Source of the DNA: Kiritimatiellia bacterium
GTDB taxonomy: Bacteria; Verrucomicrobiota; Kiritimatiellia; RFP12; UBA1067
Assembly: GCA_045537795.1 (NCBI GenBank)
Contig: JAZSQE010000051.1
Location: 8,313 to 72,312, forward strand
Reading direction: 5' to 3'
DNA: 64,000 bases
Part shown: in pieces, positions 63,289 through 64,000 of the stretch
Numbering within the stretch: position 1 is the first letter of the stretch
How the letters are laid out: each line of letters begins with the position of its first letter
Notes under the pieces: generated by a model
The model's database searches: none
What the model was told of the DNA's origin: nothing
Seen by the model: only the letters and a program-made list of their open reading frames with translations
Translations under genes and position numbers: made by a program

Positions 63289-64000
63289 ATGATGAATGTA
63301 AAAAATGCAGAAATGATTAATAGAGTGATAGATCCTGATTTAGAAAAAAGAGATATCCTGGAGTCTGAGATTCCAAGGGATGTGTTGGATATTCTTCTCA
63401 AAGATAGGACGACTGGAAAGAATATCCTTTGGATGACGGATAGTTATGAGCATCTTGAATCGGTATTTGATATTAAGATGGGGATTCATGATCCTATTGA
63501 TGCAGATGCCATTTCGCGCCCGGGAAACAAGATCATTCGTCCGCGTGTTGACAAAAGCAAAGAAGAGCAGCGCGAGCGTGTACAGAAAAAGGCTGAGGTG
63601 TTCACGCCTTCGTGGATTTGCAATAACATGAACAACCTCATAGATGCGGCATGGTTTGAACGTAAGACATCGCCGTTTACGGTTGAGGGTCATAAATCAT
63701 GGCGAGCGACAAGAAAGCCAATTGTATTCCCAAAGAAGTTAAAGAAGACTTGGCTTGATTTCGTCACAGAAGTGCGCCTTGAGATTACATGTGGTGAGGC
63801 GCCATTTCTTGTCAGTCGATATGACACCACCACAGGCGAGATAATCCCTATTCCCGAACGTATCGGCATACTTGACCGTAAGTTGAGAATCGTGACTGAG
63901 AATGTCCGCGGCAAACCGAAAGAATGGTTGAAATACGCTAAAATGGCCCTTAAAGCCATTCTTGGTTTTGAGTGGCAGGGCGATAACGTATTATTGGCTC
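63289..64000 (+). CDS. Restriction-modification-associated protein, possibly a DNA methyltransferase; N-terminal 237 codons only, gene runs off the window
   Basis: Open + frame absent from the ORF track because it has no stop in the window. It reads MMNVKNAEMINRVIDPDLEKRDILESEIPRDVLDILLKDRTTGKNILWMTDSYE...AEVFTPSWICNNMNN...LEITCGEAPFLVSRYDTTTGE.... The strings resemble N-terminal regions of RM methylase-annotated proteins I recall, but I cannot name the family. Confidence 0.5.
   Translation, partial: MMNVKNAEMINRVIDPDLEKRDILESEIPRDVLDILLKDRTTGKNILWMTDSYEHLESVFDIKMGIHDPIDADAISRPGNKIIRPRVDKSKEEQRERVQKKAEVFTPSWICNNMNNLIDAAWFERKTSPFTVEGHKSWRATRKPIVFPKKLKKTWLDFVTEVRLEITCGEAPFLVSRYDTTTGEIIPIPERIGILDRKLRIVTENVRGKPKEWLKYAKMALKAILGFEWQGDNVLLA

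Noticed and set aside
63340-63959. Minus-strand ORFs 63340-63693 and 63690-63959
   Set aside because: The + strand frame from 63289 is open to the window end, and its N-terminus is homologous to the three upstream fragments. The minus-strand translations have no features.

Overview
GC-rich bacterial chromosomal window with almost every gene on the + strand. Gene content suggests the PVC superphylum (Verrucomicrobia, Lentisphaerae or Kiritimatiellae-like); this is inference only. Layout: (1) 0.6-19.5 kb holds a small lipoprotein gene followed closely by one uninterrupted 18.4 kb gene. That gene encodes a secreted protein of about 6,120 aa built from PKD-like, thrombospondin-type-3-like calcium-binding (TSP3-like, DxDxDG) and LamG modules, and it contains three divergent super-repeats. 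(2) 19.5-30.7 kb holds ackA-pta, kdsD and a five-gene pilus/secretin-like cluster: a secreted protein, a PilM-PilN fusion, an Amuc_1100-like protein, a Zn-ribbon/TSP3 protein and a secretin. The cluster resembles Akkermansia Amuc_1102-1098. This stretch is punctuated by four arrays of an unusual 8-nt tandem repeat (NAACATTC), two of which are translated inside ackA and kdsD. (3) 30.9-40.0 kb is housekeeping (gltX, an RsmC-like methyltransferase, hisS, ymdB, a YgjP-like protein, hisG, an untracked 29-aa bS22-like ORF), interrupted by a lower-GC two-gene islet. (4) 40.1-48.6 kb is a tightly coupled + strand block: prepilin peptidase, a ketosynthase-like protein lacking its catalytic Cys, a 1,102-aa AT-like/DH-like/PPTase fusion with degenerate AT and DH sites, a stand-alone GGQ release-factor-like protein, and a secreted M23/PKD protein. 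I consider this the best candidate for an undescribed system. (5) 48.6-54.5 kb encodes glycan-related proteins (PIG-L deacetylase, beta-propeller-GH2 fusion, beta-helix protein). (6) 54.6-64.0 kb is a lower-GC defence island: Fic, Mrr, then a type III Mod-Fic-Res unit, then decayed HsdR and Fic fragments. Its cassette junctions are marked by repeated promoter-plus-5'-fragment copies of the methyltransferase-like gene that runs off the right edge. No rRNA, tRNA, CRISPR array or transposase was recognised. Start codons are inferences from SD-like motifs, signal peptides and family N-termini. All homology calls come from motif recognition by eye, not from searches.
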